In this document: positions 9,887-22,100 of the stretch, in pieces
How positions within the stretch are numbered: position 1 is the stretch's first letter
Layout: every line of letters begins with the position of its first letter
Source of the DNA: Epithemia pelagica
Lineage: Eukaryota; Protista; Bacillariophyta
Assembly (NCBI GenBank): GCA_946965045.2
Contig: OX337240.1
Location: 124,001 to 188,000 of the forward strand
DNA: 64,000 bases
Reading direction: 5' to 3'
Position numbers and translations under genes: made by a program
The notes under the pieces: generated by a model
What the model was told of the DNA's origin: nothing
Database searches by the model: none
Seen by the model: the letters and a program-made list of their open reading frames with translations, nothing else

Positions 9887-12667
9887 ATGCATCTATGGTC
9901 CTTTGTTGTCGCCCCTTCGGTCTGGTCCGTTTTGTTTGCCAGTAACCACAACCGGCCACACACACGAGTACAACAACAACAACAACAACAACACTCAACG
10001 GTGCGGCGACTTTTCTGGACGACCACTCCTCCTGCGGTTCGTCGTACCACATTCGTGCTGGCATCTCCCGAAGAACCACCAGCGGAACCACCAAGCCGCA
10101 GCCGCACCACAGTGTTGCTCGATTCCAACGCTACCGTCGCCAATGGCGATACCACCACAACCACAACGACCAAAGCGACAAGCAGCAGCAGCAGCAGCAA
10201 TGTCTCATCATCGTCATCTTCTCAATCATCCGTGTCCGAGTCTACTACGATGGAACCAGCAACCGTGTCGGACCACTCTTTTATCGGCAACAACCTGGAC
10301 GAAACCAGTAACAAAGTCAACGACAATGACGAGATGGACGATTCTCCCACCAATACATCGCCGTACAATTTGAGTGATTGGTTGAATCAAATCTATGTCG
10401 ATTTGGAACAACCGGGCCTGTACAATCGCTACGTGACACCCTCGTTGCGATTTAGTGTGGTGACACCGCCGACTCGGAATGGCACCAGTACCTGGATGGA
10501 TCCCCATTCCTATTACCAGGACGACAAGGACACCACTGCCAACACGGAAAAACCCTTGGCCGTCTTTCTTCCCGGGTTGGATGGCTATGGCTTGTCGGCG
10601 GCCCGGCATCAATACGACGATTTGGCCCGGACCTTTGAGTGTTGGCGCCTGGTCGTCTTGCCCGAGGACCGGACACCCTTTGGCGAATTGGTGAATCACA
10701 TTTGCGACTTTGTCGTGGACTTGGCCAGTCCATCCAGTACAACCACGAACGCCAAGAACCATATTCGACCCGTGACGTTGATTGGCGAAAGTTGTGGCGG
10801 TCTCGTGGCAGCCGCCGTGGCCCTCCAATTGGAACAACGATATGGTGGTTCGAGTAGTACAAGTACTAGTGACGACCAAGACAAGGAACCACAACCCAGA
10901 CGCAAGACTAATCAGAAGAAGCAGAAGAATCCCTACTTGCAAGGATTGGTCTTGGTCAACCCGGCCACGTCGTTTGATCAAACCAATTGGGATGCCTTGG
11001 TGCCTCTTCTCACTGCCTTGCCATCGTCCTCCAGTCAAGACAACAACAACAACAACCAAAACAATTTGACACCCTACGGCGTGGTGGGAAGTTTGATTTT
11101 GGCCGCCTTGATTCCCGATTCCGAACAACGCCAACAAATTTTGAGTGCCATTACCTCCTTACCGACTTTTCCGCCTCGCAATTTGCAAGATTTACAAGAC
11201 AATTGGGGAGCCATGCAAGCGAGTTTTCAAATTACCGAAGAGCGATTGCCGGCCGACGTGTTGCAGTTTCGCGTGTCGGAATGGGTCGATGTCGGCGATG
11301 CCATTGTGCGGCCCCGATGGTCCCTCTTGCGTCCTCTTCCCACCTTGCTCGTCGTGGGCGAACAAGATGCTCTCTTGCCATCGGCCCAAGAAGCCACGCG
11401 ACTCGCCTCGGCCGAGTACCTTCCCCACGCCGAAACCCTCAAAGTGCCGAATCGAGGACACTTTGTCTTGGATAATGCCGTGAATTTGACCGAAGCCATT
11501 TTGTATTCCCAAATTGATCCCCTGGACTGGAAAGGAGAGGGTACCATTACCACCACTTCCTCCAAGACAACCAAGAAAAAGAAGCGATACGATCCCATTG
11601 TGGATTGGAAACGACCATCGTCCGAAGCAATTGAGACCTATGTGCAACAACAAGTGCGACCGTTGCAACGAGCCTTTAGTCCCGTCTTTTTTAGTACCGA
11701 CGCCAAGGGCAAACGATGGAGAGGATTGTCCAAATTGCCTCAGATGCACTTTGCACAAAATGGCCAAGCCGGTAGTAGTAGTACTACTACGGCCAATCGC
11801 CCGCTCTTGTTGGTGGGCAATCATCAACTCTTGGCCGTGGATTTGGGTTTGCTGTTGACGGAATTGTACCAACAACAAGGCTGGCTTCCTCGCGGATTGG
11901 CCCATCCCGTGTCCTTTACTCCCACCTCGAATGAATTTGCGGCCGAACTCTTGGGTCGCACTCCCGGATTGACGGGTCCGAATCGCAATGCCGGACCAAC
12001 TGCGGCCTTTCAAACCTTTGGCGCGGTCCAAGTATCGCCTCGGAATTATTATCGACTCATGCAAACGGGACAACCTACCATGTTGTTTCCCGGTGGTGCG
12101 CGGGAAGCCTTGACGGGTGGCCGATCGGATTATCCCTTGTTTTGGCCCGACAAGACGGACTTTGTGCGAACCGCTGTCAAATTCAACGCCACGATCGTTC
12201 CCTTTAGTGCCGTGGGCATGGCGGAAAGTGCCCAACTCGTCTTGACCTACGAGCAATTGCAACGAGTTCCCTTCTTGGCGAACGCCTTGGCCAATGCCAC
12301 GACCTCACCCACGGACAACAAGGACGACGAGACGGGTTCTGGTACGAGTGCCAGTCGTCGCCGCCGAATGTCGGCTCGAATGGATGCAACGAACGAAACG
12401 GATTTGCAAGCCGATTTGGTCTTGCCCACCCTACCGGCCCGGAATTACTTTTTGTTTGGTCCAGCCATGGATACCAGTGCCATTGATCACAAGGATTTGA
12501 ATGCCTGTCAAACACTCTATGACCAGTTGCAGGAACAAGTACGCACGGGACTGGATGACTTGTTGGAGGCTCGTAAAGACGATCCCTTTGCCAATACACC
12601 GCGTCGTGTCTTGTACGAACAAGTCTGGGGGAAACAGGCACCCACTTTTTCCGTGGACAAACTATAG
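9887..12667 (+). CDS. Phytyl ester synthase / ELT-family acyltransferase (alpha-beta hydrolase + DAGAT domain), about 926 aa
   Basis: FLPGLDG, LIGESCGG, LVLVNPATSF, LLLVGNHQ, RGLAHP, FGAVQVSPRN, LFPGGAREAL. Uninterrupted ORF; first ATG at 9887. Confidence 0.9.
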   Translation: MHLWSFVVAPSVWSVLFASNHNRPHTRVQQQQQQQHSTVRRLFWTTTPPAVRRTTFVLASPEEPPAEPPSRSRTTVLLDSNATVANGDTTTTTTTKATSSSSSSNVSSSSSSQSSVSESTTMEPATVSDHSFIGNNLDETSNKVNDNDEMDDSPTNTSPYNLSDWLNQIYVDLEQPGLYNRYVTPSLRFSVVTPPTRNGTSTWMDPHSYYQDDKDTTANTEKPLAVFLPGLDGYGLSAARHQYDDLARTFECWRLVVLPEDRTPFGELVNHICDFVVDLASPSSTTTNAKNHIRPVTLIGESCGGLVAAAVALQLEQRYGGSSSTSTSDDQDKEPQPRRKTNQKKQKNPYLQGLVLVNPATSFDQTNWDALVPLLTALPSSSSQDNNNNNQNNLTPYGVVGSLILAALIPDSEQRQQILSAITSLPTFPPRNLQDLQDNWGAMQASFQITEERLPADVLQFRVSEWVDVGDAIVRPRWSLLRPLPTLLVVGEQDALLPSAQEATRLASAEYLPHAETLKVPNRGHFVLDNAVNLTEAILYSQIDPLDWKGEGTITTTSSKTTKKKKRYDPIVDWKRPSSEAIETYVQQQVRPLQRAFSPVFFSTDAKGKRWRGLSKLPQMHFAQNGQAGSSSTTTANRPLLLVGNHQLLAVDLGLLLTELYQQQGWLPRGLAHPVSFTPTSNEFAAELLGRTPGLTGPNRNAGPTAAFQTFGAVQVSPRNYYRLMQTGQPTMLFPGGAREALTGGRSDYPLFWPDKTDFVRTAVKFNATIVPFSAVGMAESAQLVLTYEQLQRVPFLANALANATTSPTDNKDDETGSGTSASRRRRMSARMDATNETDLQADLVLPTLPARNYFLFGPAMDTSAIDHKDLNACQTLYDQLQEQVRTGLDDLLEARKDDPFANTPRRVLYEQVWGKQAPTFSVDKL

Positions 12668-12910
12668 AGCAATCGAATTCAGTAGTCCATCACGAGCGGC
12701 TGCTATTCTCGCCCACAAATAGAATGTCATTACAGAGCATAGCATCACTAAACCACTCATCGTGCAACACCCACAAGTTCCACCTTCTAGTTAGAAAGAA
12801 CAGAGAAGACAGACAAGATGGTTCTTCAATTTAGGATAACTTTTATGGCTCTATTTGCATTCAAGAAATGGTTCTTTTTTGAAGGTGCACATGGAAGCAA
12901 TCACCAAGTT

Positions 12911-13465
12911 TCACGTCAGGACTCTTTTACAGTACGGACAACTATAGGACAAGATTCCTTCGTCCTCTTGCTCTTTTGTTTTGCTTGGTGGTGTGTCTTG
13001 AGTGCGGCTGGTATCACTATTTGTACCACTCATGGCTGTGGCGGCTCCGCCCGACAACAAGGCCACGGCCCCTCCGTACATGCCCGACACAAAGGTGCCG
13101 CTGGCTCCCAAGCTTTGCAGAGTGGCAAACCAAGACCCGGCGGCGACTGCACCACCTGCCGCTTGTGAGGCAGCCGCCGCAGAACCGGCGAGAATTCCAC
13201 CGACACCAAATCCTGCCATGGCTGCCGCAGCGCAGGGTACAAAGACCAACGCTCCTAGACCCATGGATACCTTACCAAGCTTGCTCATCGAAAAGTAGCT
13301 TTGTTCACAGGATTTCTCATATGTATCCTGCCGGTGTCCTTCTCCACAAAAGAAACAATAACCGTAGGGCGACGGTGATGGCTTTTGCTCACATTTCTGG
13401 GAGGAGAAGAAGTAGGGCCACCATGATGACTTTGGTTTGGGTTTTTCAGACCAGAAAAAGGACAT
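12911..13465 (-). CDS. ISG12/IFI27-like protein, copy D, intact (184 aa)
   Basis: YCFFCG; GFGVGGILAGSAAAASQAAGGAVAAGSWFATLQSLGASG; YSCPYCK. Confidence 0.82.
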   Translation of the reverse strand: MSFFWSEKPKPKSSWWPYFFSSQKCEQKPSPSPYGYCFFCGEGHRQDTYEKSCEQSYFSMSKLGKVSMGLGALVFVPCAAAAMAGFGVGGILAGSAAAASQAAGGAVAAGSWFATLQSLGASGTFVSGMYGGAVALLSGGAATAMSGTNSDTSRTQDTPPSKTKEQEDEGILSYSCPYCKRVLT

Positions 13466-14033
13466 GTCTATGAACGCCAACAGCGTGATGGTTCAATCCG
13501 TCGTTGTGCTTCGATTTGAGATTTTGTGAAGGCGAAGTTTTGGCCGGGGGGATGCATGTTCTTCAAGTTTCTCCGAGCCCAATTCTGTGCACGTCTGCGC
13601 GCAAGGCGAACTTCCATCCACGATCCGTTCACCCAAGTCCACTTTCTGTATTCTCGTTATCAAGAGAACTCCCGGCAAAAACACTCTCGTTGTCCTCTCA
13701 TTCTCATTCTAATCCATGACATGCTTCTTCTAATCTTGTTTCACGCGATCTTCTTTTGGTGTTTTGTGTTTGTTGCTCAAGCACCCACTAGCCTGTGCGA
13801 CCAAGAATGTTTTGCTGCGACTGCACGAAAGTTTTTCTCTCTCTATGTTACTGAATCCATCTCGGGAACAAAGTAACAGACCATGGTCGACCACGCTCGG
13901 TACACATAGAACACGAACAGGGATAGCAGTGTAGTTTCTCCGAGTCGTGATGCAGACGTGACTACAACTCATCCTAGCAAAGAAGGTCACGTACGAGAAC
14001 ACAATACTCTTGGCACCGCGTGAGTTTCGAATC

Positions 14034-14585
14034 ATGGTCCTGTCTCAACGCAATCTCGACAAGGTCAGTCCGCCCGATACGAAGAACGTGGTTTGTGGAA
14101 AGCACCCATCAACGGTAGCCGAAGACGACAACGGCGGTCAAGCAGTATTGGATCAGACGAATAGCTCCATTCTCAAAGAGAGGGAGTACGCGGACCGTTG
14201 GACCTACCGAAGCTACATGAAACTCATTGGCAATGTCACGATTGGTGTCGGAGTGACAGCCTTGCTGCTTCCCTCTATCACAGCTTCCTTGGCCGGTTTT
14301 GGTTCGGGTGGAATTGTCGTTGGATCCAAGGCCGCGGCGTGGCAATCGGCGATTGGGGGTGTGGTGGCAGGCTCTTTGTTTGCCAAGCTTCAAGGTATGG
14401 GAGCCAGTGGGTTGTTTCTGTCTGGTATCTGGAAAGGAGCCGCCACGGTGGCGGGAGGAGCCGTCACTGCCGCAGCATCCAGTACAAGTTCTCGTGGAGA
14501 GGAGGAAGCGAGCAGCTTGGAAGCCTCCACAGAACATTTCGAAGAGAAAATGCAGGACATTGTCAAAGAAAAGAAGTCGTCATAA
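14034..14585 (+). CDS. ISG12/IFI27-like protein, copy E, intact (183 aa), divergent from copy D
   Basis: LAGFGSGGIVVGSKAAAWQSAIGGVVAGSLFAKLQGMGASG; no CxxC pair. Confidence 0.8.
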   Translation: MVLSQRNLDKVSPPDTKNVVCGKHPSTVAEDDNGGQAVLDQTNSSILKEREYADRWTYRSYMKLIGNVTIGVGVTALLLPSITASLAGFGSGGIVVGSKAAAWQSAIGGVVAGSLFAKLQGMGASGLFLSGIWKGAATVAGGAVTAAASSTSSRGEEEASSLEASTEHFEEKMQDIVKEKKSS

Positions 14586-16913
14586 GATCACACTCTTGTT
14601 AGCTTCAAACGCATCGACTATATCCGATGGAAACATCCTTGTACTTGCGTCAATCGCTTCATTGTTATGAAGAATGTCTCATCCATTGTCGAATCTGAAA
14701 GCTCCAATTGCCAGTCACGACGGACAAGAGGACGCCGTTGGAACCCGATTGCTTTTTTCCTTCCAAAGGCTTGTGTTAGTGTGTGTTTGTTGTGTTCCTA
14801 TGTTCGTCCCCTCTCCGAATAAGATGTAGTATCAGGGTTAGTTTCTTGCTTTTCTTCTATCGTTACAACTCTATCGTTTATAGTGACAGACAGTTGCAAT
14901 AACGACAAGAGAGTAGCCAGAGCGCTTGCTTGTAGCTACCTTGCGGAATTTTAAGATGTAGTGTATCGACGATTTGGTTTGAATGATAGTCGTTCGTGCA
15001 CTATACTGTAAGACTTGTTCTGCTCAGCTCTTCTCTCTTCCGATTCAGTGCTCTCGCCATAACAAATCTGAAATCGTCTACTAATATAGCAATCATGTTA
15101 ATTCGAAATGTGCAGTTTGCTGGAGAGATGGTATTATTGAGAGGATCCGATCGGAATCGAATCGGCGTGCCATGTCGTACTTCGGCATAATTTGTTACCG
15201 ATCCATATGATGTTTCCCACTAACGCCAAACGCAACGCAACGCAACAGCACTCTAGCTTGATGATTGGAGACCCAAAGTTCTGGAATCTGTGAAATACGA
15301 ACCCCGCAACTGGTCTAATAGCTAGCTGGCGTTTTTGTCGTCGTCGTGGATCTTCTTCTCGTTCATTTCCTCCTCCCAGCACACTGTTCTTTTTTCACTG
15401 AAGAATCTCTTCTTGGTCGTTTTCTTTTTCTTTGTCGGTTTCCAGTTGTTGAATCCAAGAGAGGATAGAGGGACACGACACACCTCTCAAAGAAAGATCC
15501 AATAGATTTTCGCCGTCGTCGTCGTCGAATCTCAGCAATTCCGAATAGGAGTCCAACCGGCGTTCCACTTCCACATCGTTTTTATGCCCCTCTAGGTAGC
15601 TGGATGGTAGTAGAGGTAGCAGAGTTAATAGTTACATTGAAAGGGGGGTCGGCCTTCTGGGGGATCGACGCAGCAAAACCCAACACATCCTCCGCGGGAG
15701 TCTTCCTAACCAGTTTATTATAATTGACAACAAGAAACAGACTGAAACGCGAAAGGAGTCTTCGCCATCACAGATCACACACCAAGGAGGGGGGGATCTT
15801 GTCAAAAATAATAGCGATCAGACACGACACATCAATGCGACCATGAAATCGTCGGTCGTTGCATGTTTCCTACTGGCCGCCAGTCTGCTGGCTCCACACT
15901 CTTGTCTTTCCGAAGCGTTACCTGGTAGCAGATTCAATGTGTTGGTAAGGAAAGATGGTCATTTGTGGGTGTGTTTTGTTGTCGCCTGACGACAGAAGAT
16001 TCAATAATCTGAGAATGGTTCCTCTGTTGGTGTCGGTGTTGTCTCAACTTGTACTGGTTTGGTTTCTCCAGCGTCCACAATCGTTATACAAGGCCGGTGG
16101 ATACGATCATACAGATGCCATGTTCGGCAACCCACCCTACGGTGAATCGATTCAACAACGATTGTATTATGCTAACAATAATACAATGTGCTATTTCGTT
16201 GCGGAGCAGCTCGATACCACCCATTGGCTTGTGCCCTTTATCATGATGATAGACCGAGGTGATTGTTCCTTTGTGCAAAAAGTGCGCAATGGACAAAAGG
16301 CCGGTGCGTCAGCCGTCTTAATTGCCGACGACATTTGTCTGTGTGATCGAGAGGTGTGTCAAGACGAAGAGACCAATGGTCAGGATGTATATTGTCAATC
16401 TGAAGTGTAGGTCTTTGCGAACTGCACTTCTTTCGCACATTGTACTTGAAGCTTCAGCCTGGAGTCCAAATTCTTCTTTTCTTGGCGTTTCACTATTTTT
16501 AAGGCCTATGATGGCAGACGACGGCACCGGATCTGATGTCTCGATTCCCTCCTTTCTCTTGTTGAAGGAAGATGCGGACCCGATCAGAAATGCTTTACTG
16601 AACAAAGAGCATGTCGTAGTCGAAATGTCCTTCTCGGTTCCAGCACCGGATAATCGTGTGGAGTACGAGTTGTGGACAAATCCGGCAGATAGTCATACAA
16701 GAGAATTGCATGAAGATTTCCATAGTGTTGTTCAAGCCTTGCAAGATCATGCTTCCTTCACGCCGCACATGTACATTGAGGATGGTGAACATGCTGGATG
16801 TCATGGTGACGATGGAACAAACTTTTGTGGGGATTTGTGTATCAACCATGGTCGATATTGTTCCGTTGAATTGGATCTCAACAGTGGTGCCACTGGGCAA
16901 GAAGTAGTATTAA

Positions 16914-17087
16914 TACTTCCCGGTGTCGAGTCCTTTCAAGGAGGGACCGCCCGGCGCGGAGGGTAGAATGACGAGGAGGGCAATGGTCGAGGAGGGCGCA
17001 CGCCCGACAAGACAATTGCCCGTCGAGTCATTCTCCCGACAAGCCGGGCGCGCCCGACGCGAGAGGACGGCCAGACACAGGGAAGTA
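16914..17087. mobile_element. Short GC-rich MITE-like insert with TA-bounded inverted termini
   Basis: TACTTCCCGGTGTC (16914-16927) versus GACACAGGGAAGTA (17074-17087): 13/14 inverted match. Confidence 0.6.
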
Positions 17088-17480
17088 GTAAACTTACTCC
17101 CTATCAAGCTGTGTAGGTAGTGAGAAATTCCTGCAATAGCAGCATTCTGTGTATATTATTTTCAGCCAAAACGCTCAATCCCACCTCTTTGGCACTGCCC
17201 GCTCTCCAAAAAACGGGCTCGCGCTTTTAAGTATCTGCCTCACCCCAAAAACCTATTTCTCATGCTGACATTCTCTAGGACGAAAGGTATTTAAATATAA
17301 TGTCACAATTTCTGTCCAAATTCGTATCCGGTTTCCACGCTCGGAACCACAACATCCATTCCATCCAAGCATGCTAATCGTTACCTCCGATGGTGAAACA
17401 AGAAATGACAAACCCAACAATCCAACCACGGCTCATCTGCCCATTAATATCGGAGAGAAAGAACTCACGGGTAACCAACG

Positions 17481-19103
17481 ATGTCAGACCGTCCACCTGA
17501 ATATGAGTGGACTCTCGCCCTTCATCAGACTCCGCACTACGACGTCAACATCCAGGACAACCTGCGCATCGGATCGTTCGTGTACCTTTCTCACAAGACG
17601 AAAGGATCAAGGACACACTACAATGTTGCTCGACTCGAAGAACGCCAACGTGATGAAGATGATGAAGCAATGGAATCAATTGTTGTCCGATGCCGTTTAT
17701 TCTACCCCTTGTTTGAATCACCACCGAACCAGACCAACCCAACCCCACCGTCGCACTCCTTTCGTCCAATTACCCATGGCCCTGGTAGCGAAAACACTGA
17801 ACTATACGAATCAGCAGATTTATGCTGGCTCAAGTTCATGAGCAAGACATCAGGACCTCAGTGCATCCATCCTTCTTTTGTTTTCACTCCGAAGGAACTG
17901 GAACACCCCAAGAATGCTTGGGCTGCAAGTATTTTCAACGTCTACATTGTTCGATATTGGGAGAACAAGGACTGTGACAAACGAGAACTGGTTCCCCTTC
18001 CTGATGATGCGCATATGGGTTTTATCAACGACCACCCAAAGTTCAAACCCAAACCCAATACATTTAAGCCACAGCGTTGCCTACATGAAGCCATTTGGAA
18101 TGGCCTCTATACAATCAGAAAGAGCATTCACAAATTACTCAACAAACGCTCAGGACAGGGATCTGACAGAGAAGTGGTTTCCTTGAACATTGGTTGCGTT
18201 GCAATGGAGAGTATTCAATTCATCTCTCAAGTCGCCAACACATTGATTACCCTGAATACTCACCCCATTTCACTGTCTGAGTCCTTCTTTCATTTGGACT
18301 CTTCCCTATCACGATCAAAGGTACGAATTCTAATACACGCTCATGCATGTGAACCACTTCATTCCTCATAACAACATTCACACCATTCCATTGTCTAAAT
18401 CCTCCTTCCATTGCAACAGGTGAAAATTTCTTTCCATGGCGGTGTTCTTCGTTTCAAGACCCAATCCGAATTGAATGTCCTCCGCATGATATTGGGACCC
18501 AGTGCGACGTATGGATTGTCCGAACGACGTCCTAAACTCGACGATGGCAGGACAGGACTGGTGCTACGACGCGAGCAAAACCTCACAGTTGTTGCTGGTG
18601 CTCAAGATTCCAACCCCCACGAATCCGACGAAACATCGGAACCTCCATTCAAGCGCCGGATTGTGGACCAACGCGTCGATTTCATATTTTCACCTTATAA
18701 TGTTCGTCTTACCATTTCGTACGAGCGTTATCAATATTCCGTGAGCCGTGATGGCAATCTCAAACACCTCCCTCCATGCCCCAATTTGGAAAAGATACTC
18801 CAAGGACAGTCTCAAAACGATTTGGCAAGTGAAAGTGACTTCTCCCTGTCATCAATCGACACGAACTTAAAGCCACCTTCGTACACAAAGGCTGTGTCAA
18901 AGATCCACATTGGCGATCAGTACATGTACAAGGGAGAAAGTGTCATGGAAGTCTCTTCCATCACCCGCCAGGAAACTGATGTCAAATTTGACTGTCGATG
19001 TGTTGGTGGAGTGGGGTTCAATCGTAAATCCCCAAAAGAGTCACTGGTTATCCAACGAACTGACGCTGAAGAGTTACTCAAAGACATCCTTTCGTTTGCT
19101 TAA
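17481..19103 (+). CDS. Transposon partner gene, about 507 aa, N-terminal BAH-like domain; intron 18321-18419
   Basis: LRIGSFVYL...YNVARLEE...VRCRLFYP...ELYES...FVF resembles the BAH core. A phase-0 GT-AG intron joins the two ORFs in frame. Confidence 0.62.
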
Positions 19104-19142
19104 CATTCCATTATCAGTAGTTTACATTCGATACTTATCATC

Positions 19143-22100
19143 CTATGTTTCACACTCATCTTCTGCAACTAGTTCGTCTTCATCATCATCATTCATAGTA
19201 CCCAAAGACGCGTCGTCGTCCTCCTCGTCATCGTCACTGTCATCGTAGTAGTCCTCGTCATCGTTATCGTCACTATCCTCATCTTCCTCAGGGTCTACAA
19301 CAAGTGATGTTCCATGTGTCATCTGGTCTACATCGTCAATTGGTGTCCATGTACCAGGTTCAAAAAAATCCCAGTCATCGAGATCCATAATATCCGCCAA
19401 TTCTTCTACCGATTGTTCGTCCGATTTGTTTTCCTCTCTTGGCTGTTCCGCACCTCTATTGCTAGCTCCATTGTCCGTTGGTGACTGTCCAGCAGTAACA
19501 GTGACTTCCATTGATTGTCCGGCATCTCCATTCTCATTCGTCGACTGCTCAGCACCTCCATTCTCATTCGTCGACTGCTCAGCACCTCCATTCTCATTCG
19601 TCGACTGCTCAGCACCTCCATTCTCATTTGTCGACTGCTCAGCACCTCCACTCTCATCTCTTGACTGCCCGGCTCCTCCACTTTCATTACCTGTCTGTTG
19701 ACCACCTCCATTGTCTTGTGTACCCGGAATTCTGCGACAAAATTCCATTGTACCCTTATTCTTTGCAACCCAGGTTTTCCTTGCCAGCGCATTGTCCTCG
19801 CTGCAATTTGCATTACCTTCTGTTATATCACTGTATTCGTATCGACACATGAAAACCATGCGTCGTTGCAACCATCTCGCCATTGGTTCTAGTCTGGACC
19901 TCCTACCCTTTCCCCTATTTGTACTACCACCCCTTTGTGTTCTGGAAAAATAGAACGTCTTAAATAAACTATTGAATGCTGTAACAGTGTAGGTGAGTAG
20001 CCATTTTCAACAAACAAGAGAACCTCTTTCGCTTTCGCAGGTTACTACTCACCTTCCCACCCCTGTTGAGCGTGGGATGACAGGTTGCGCCAGTGGATCA
20101 GGTATTCCATTACGTGACCACTACCTATCAAGTGTGCGTAGTTGGTTATCCCATTCTCACCACACAAATCCACCCAAGTTGCAAAGAACTCATCCGCCTT
20201 GCGCTGATAGTCAAAAATCTCACTGTCTGTCATGCTGGTTTTCTTGTTAAGTCGTTCCATGGAAATGACGTAGTCGGCTACACACTGCTTCCACTTGACT
20301 CGTTTCTCTGGGTTTGCGATACATATATCTACCAGTTCATCAAACTTGGGTAACATTCTTCGGATGCGGACGTTGTCCATAGTGATAGTTCCAAGTTTAC
20401 GCTTCTTCTTCTCATACGGTGCTTTCCACTGCGTCGGCATATCACTCGTTCCCAGTATGGACTGGTTCATACATTTTTGGACTCGCTTGATGAAGTGGTT
20501 ACATCGCTTTATTTCTGAATTGTCATATTCTTCAGGCATCCAATCGAACTCTTTGACCTTTGCACTTGCCAGACCGTGTCGCAAACACATGGTAAGAATC
20601 TTGATTCCCATGCGATTCTCCATATGGAGAATGCATGGGACCGTGTCCATCATATAGACAATTGCGGTAGCAGTCTTGGACTGCTTATAATCATCTAACA
20701 CCTTCTTCGCTTGGTAGTAAATCCACTCTTTGACATGGTGGGCCTTGAGTCGTCGTTGTCGTTGCTCTAGTGTACCATGCACATCTAGTTCTCTAACCAC
20801 CAGATCATTGGTTATGAACCTCGCATATTCCAGACGCTTGGCAACATCGGCTTTGCCTAGATCAAAATGGATGGACTTGATGTTCTCCTTCTGAACTTTG
20901 GTTGGGTCCATCCTGGGGTCCTCTTGCATAATCAACTCGGAATCACCCCATATATCAGTTAGACTCTCGTAGATGCTAGGCATCTCCTTGACGAAGTGGT
21001 CCACTTCCTTTTGTAGACTGTCTACATGAGCCCTTGTACACATCTTGTGATGTCTACATACCCAGTTTGTTTTCTTGGAATGTCCTAGTTGCGAGCACAG
21101 GCTGCAGTCTTCGACACGTCCTGTGGGGAGATGGAGTTCTCCACTTCGTACAGTACATTTCGAACAAGGGAAGTTAACTTGTTGAGCGGCCCCACCACGC
21201 CCAAGTAGCTTCCACTCGCAACTCATATCGCAATTAGTGCATATTTTGAGCGGCCATACTCCGAATTTCGTGGGAAGTACTTTTACGGCAGCTTCACGGA
21301 TCTCTTCGATCATGTTCCGAAAGATCGATCGCACTAAGCCCTTGCTCTCTGGACGACAAACACACAACCGGAAAACAACTGTTGCGTGATTGGGCAAGAG
21401 GGTTGGACATGTCGTTGAACTTCAGCCCTCCCAGTGTATGGCTTAAGTTTTTCGTGAAAAGAGCGCCGTCCAAACTCTGTGCCAACTGGATGGGCCGCCA
21501 ACAAGCGTCTCCGTACAGACAATTGCCTGCCACTAATATTCCTGCCATAACATCGGCTGCCCGGAAGGCAAATCCTTCCGACCCATCGGTCTTGTGCCGG
21601 AAAAGTCGGTAGGGGCAGAGAAGACTCCCAAACTTCTCGACTTCTTGGGCTACATCCTGGATACAAGAACTACTTGGGATAAGTGTGTGTGTATTAGCAA
21701 CTCCATTGCTTTCCACTTGTCGTAGGACTTCAATGCCGCCAAGGTTTAGGACGCCACCTGCGAGATCCATTTTCCGTAGAATGTTAAACGGTGTGAAGAC
21801 GTAATCGCGTACATATTTACGAAATACACCATATGCATTCTCGAACATGAGCCCATTGTGTATGGATTTGTCAAGGCACAGTTGTGCCACGTCTCGGAAG
21901 AATTCTCCTGCTGCTCTACTCGTGTCATCCATCCTACTGGTCCTTGATACGAGGATTTCTCGGATATGTGACACCAGTTTTTCACGGTCCTTGATGTCGT
22001 AGCAAGAGGCGGGGAGATCAATCTCTTTGCTTGTCGCTTTTGTTTCCGCGTCTTTATCCCTCCAATACCGAAGGTCATCTGATCTATTCTTCAGCTTTCT

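Noticed and set aside
9760-12722. Numerous long antisense and alternate-frame ORFs over PES, P450, kinase and pol
   Set aside because: Shadows of codon bias and low-complexity sequence on real CDSs.
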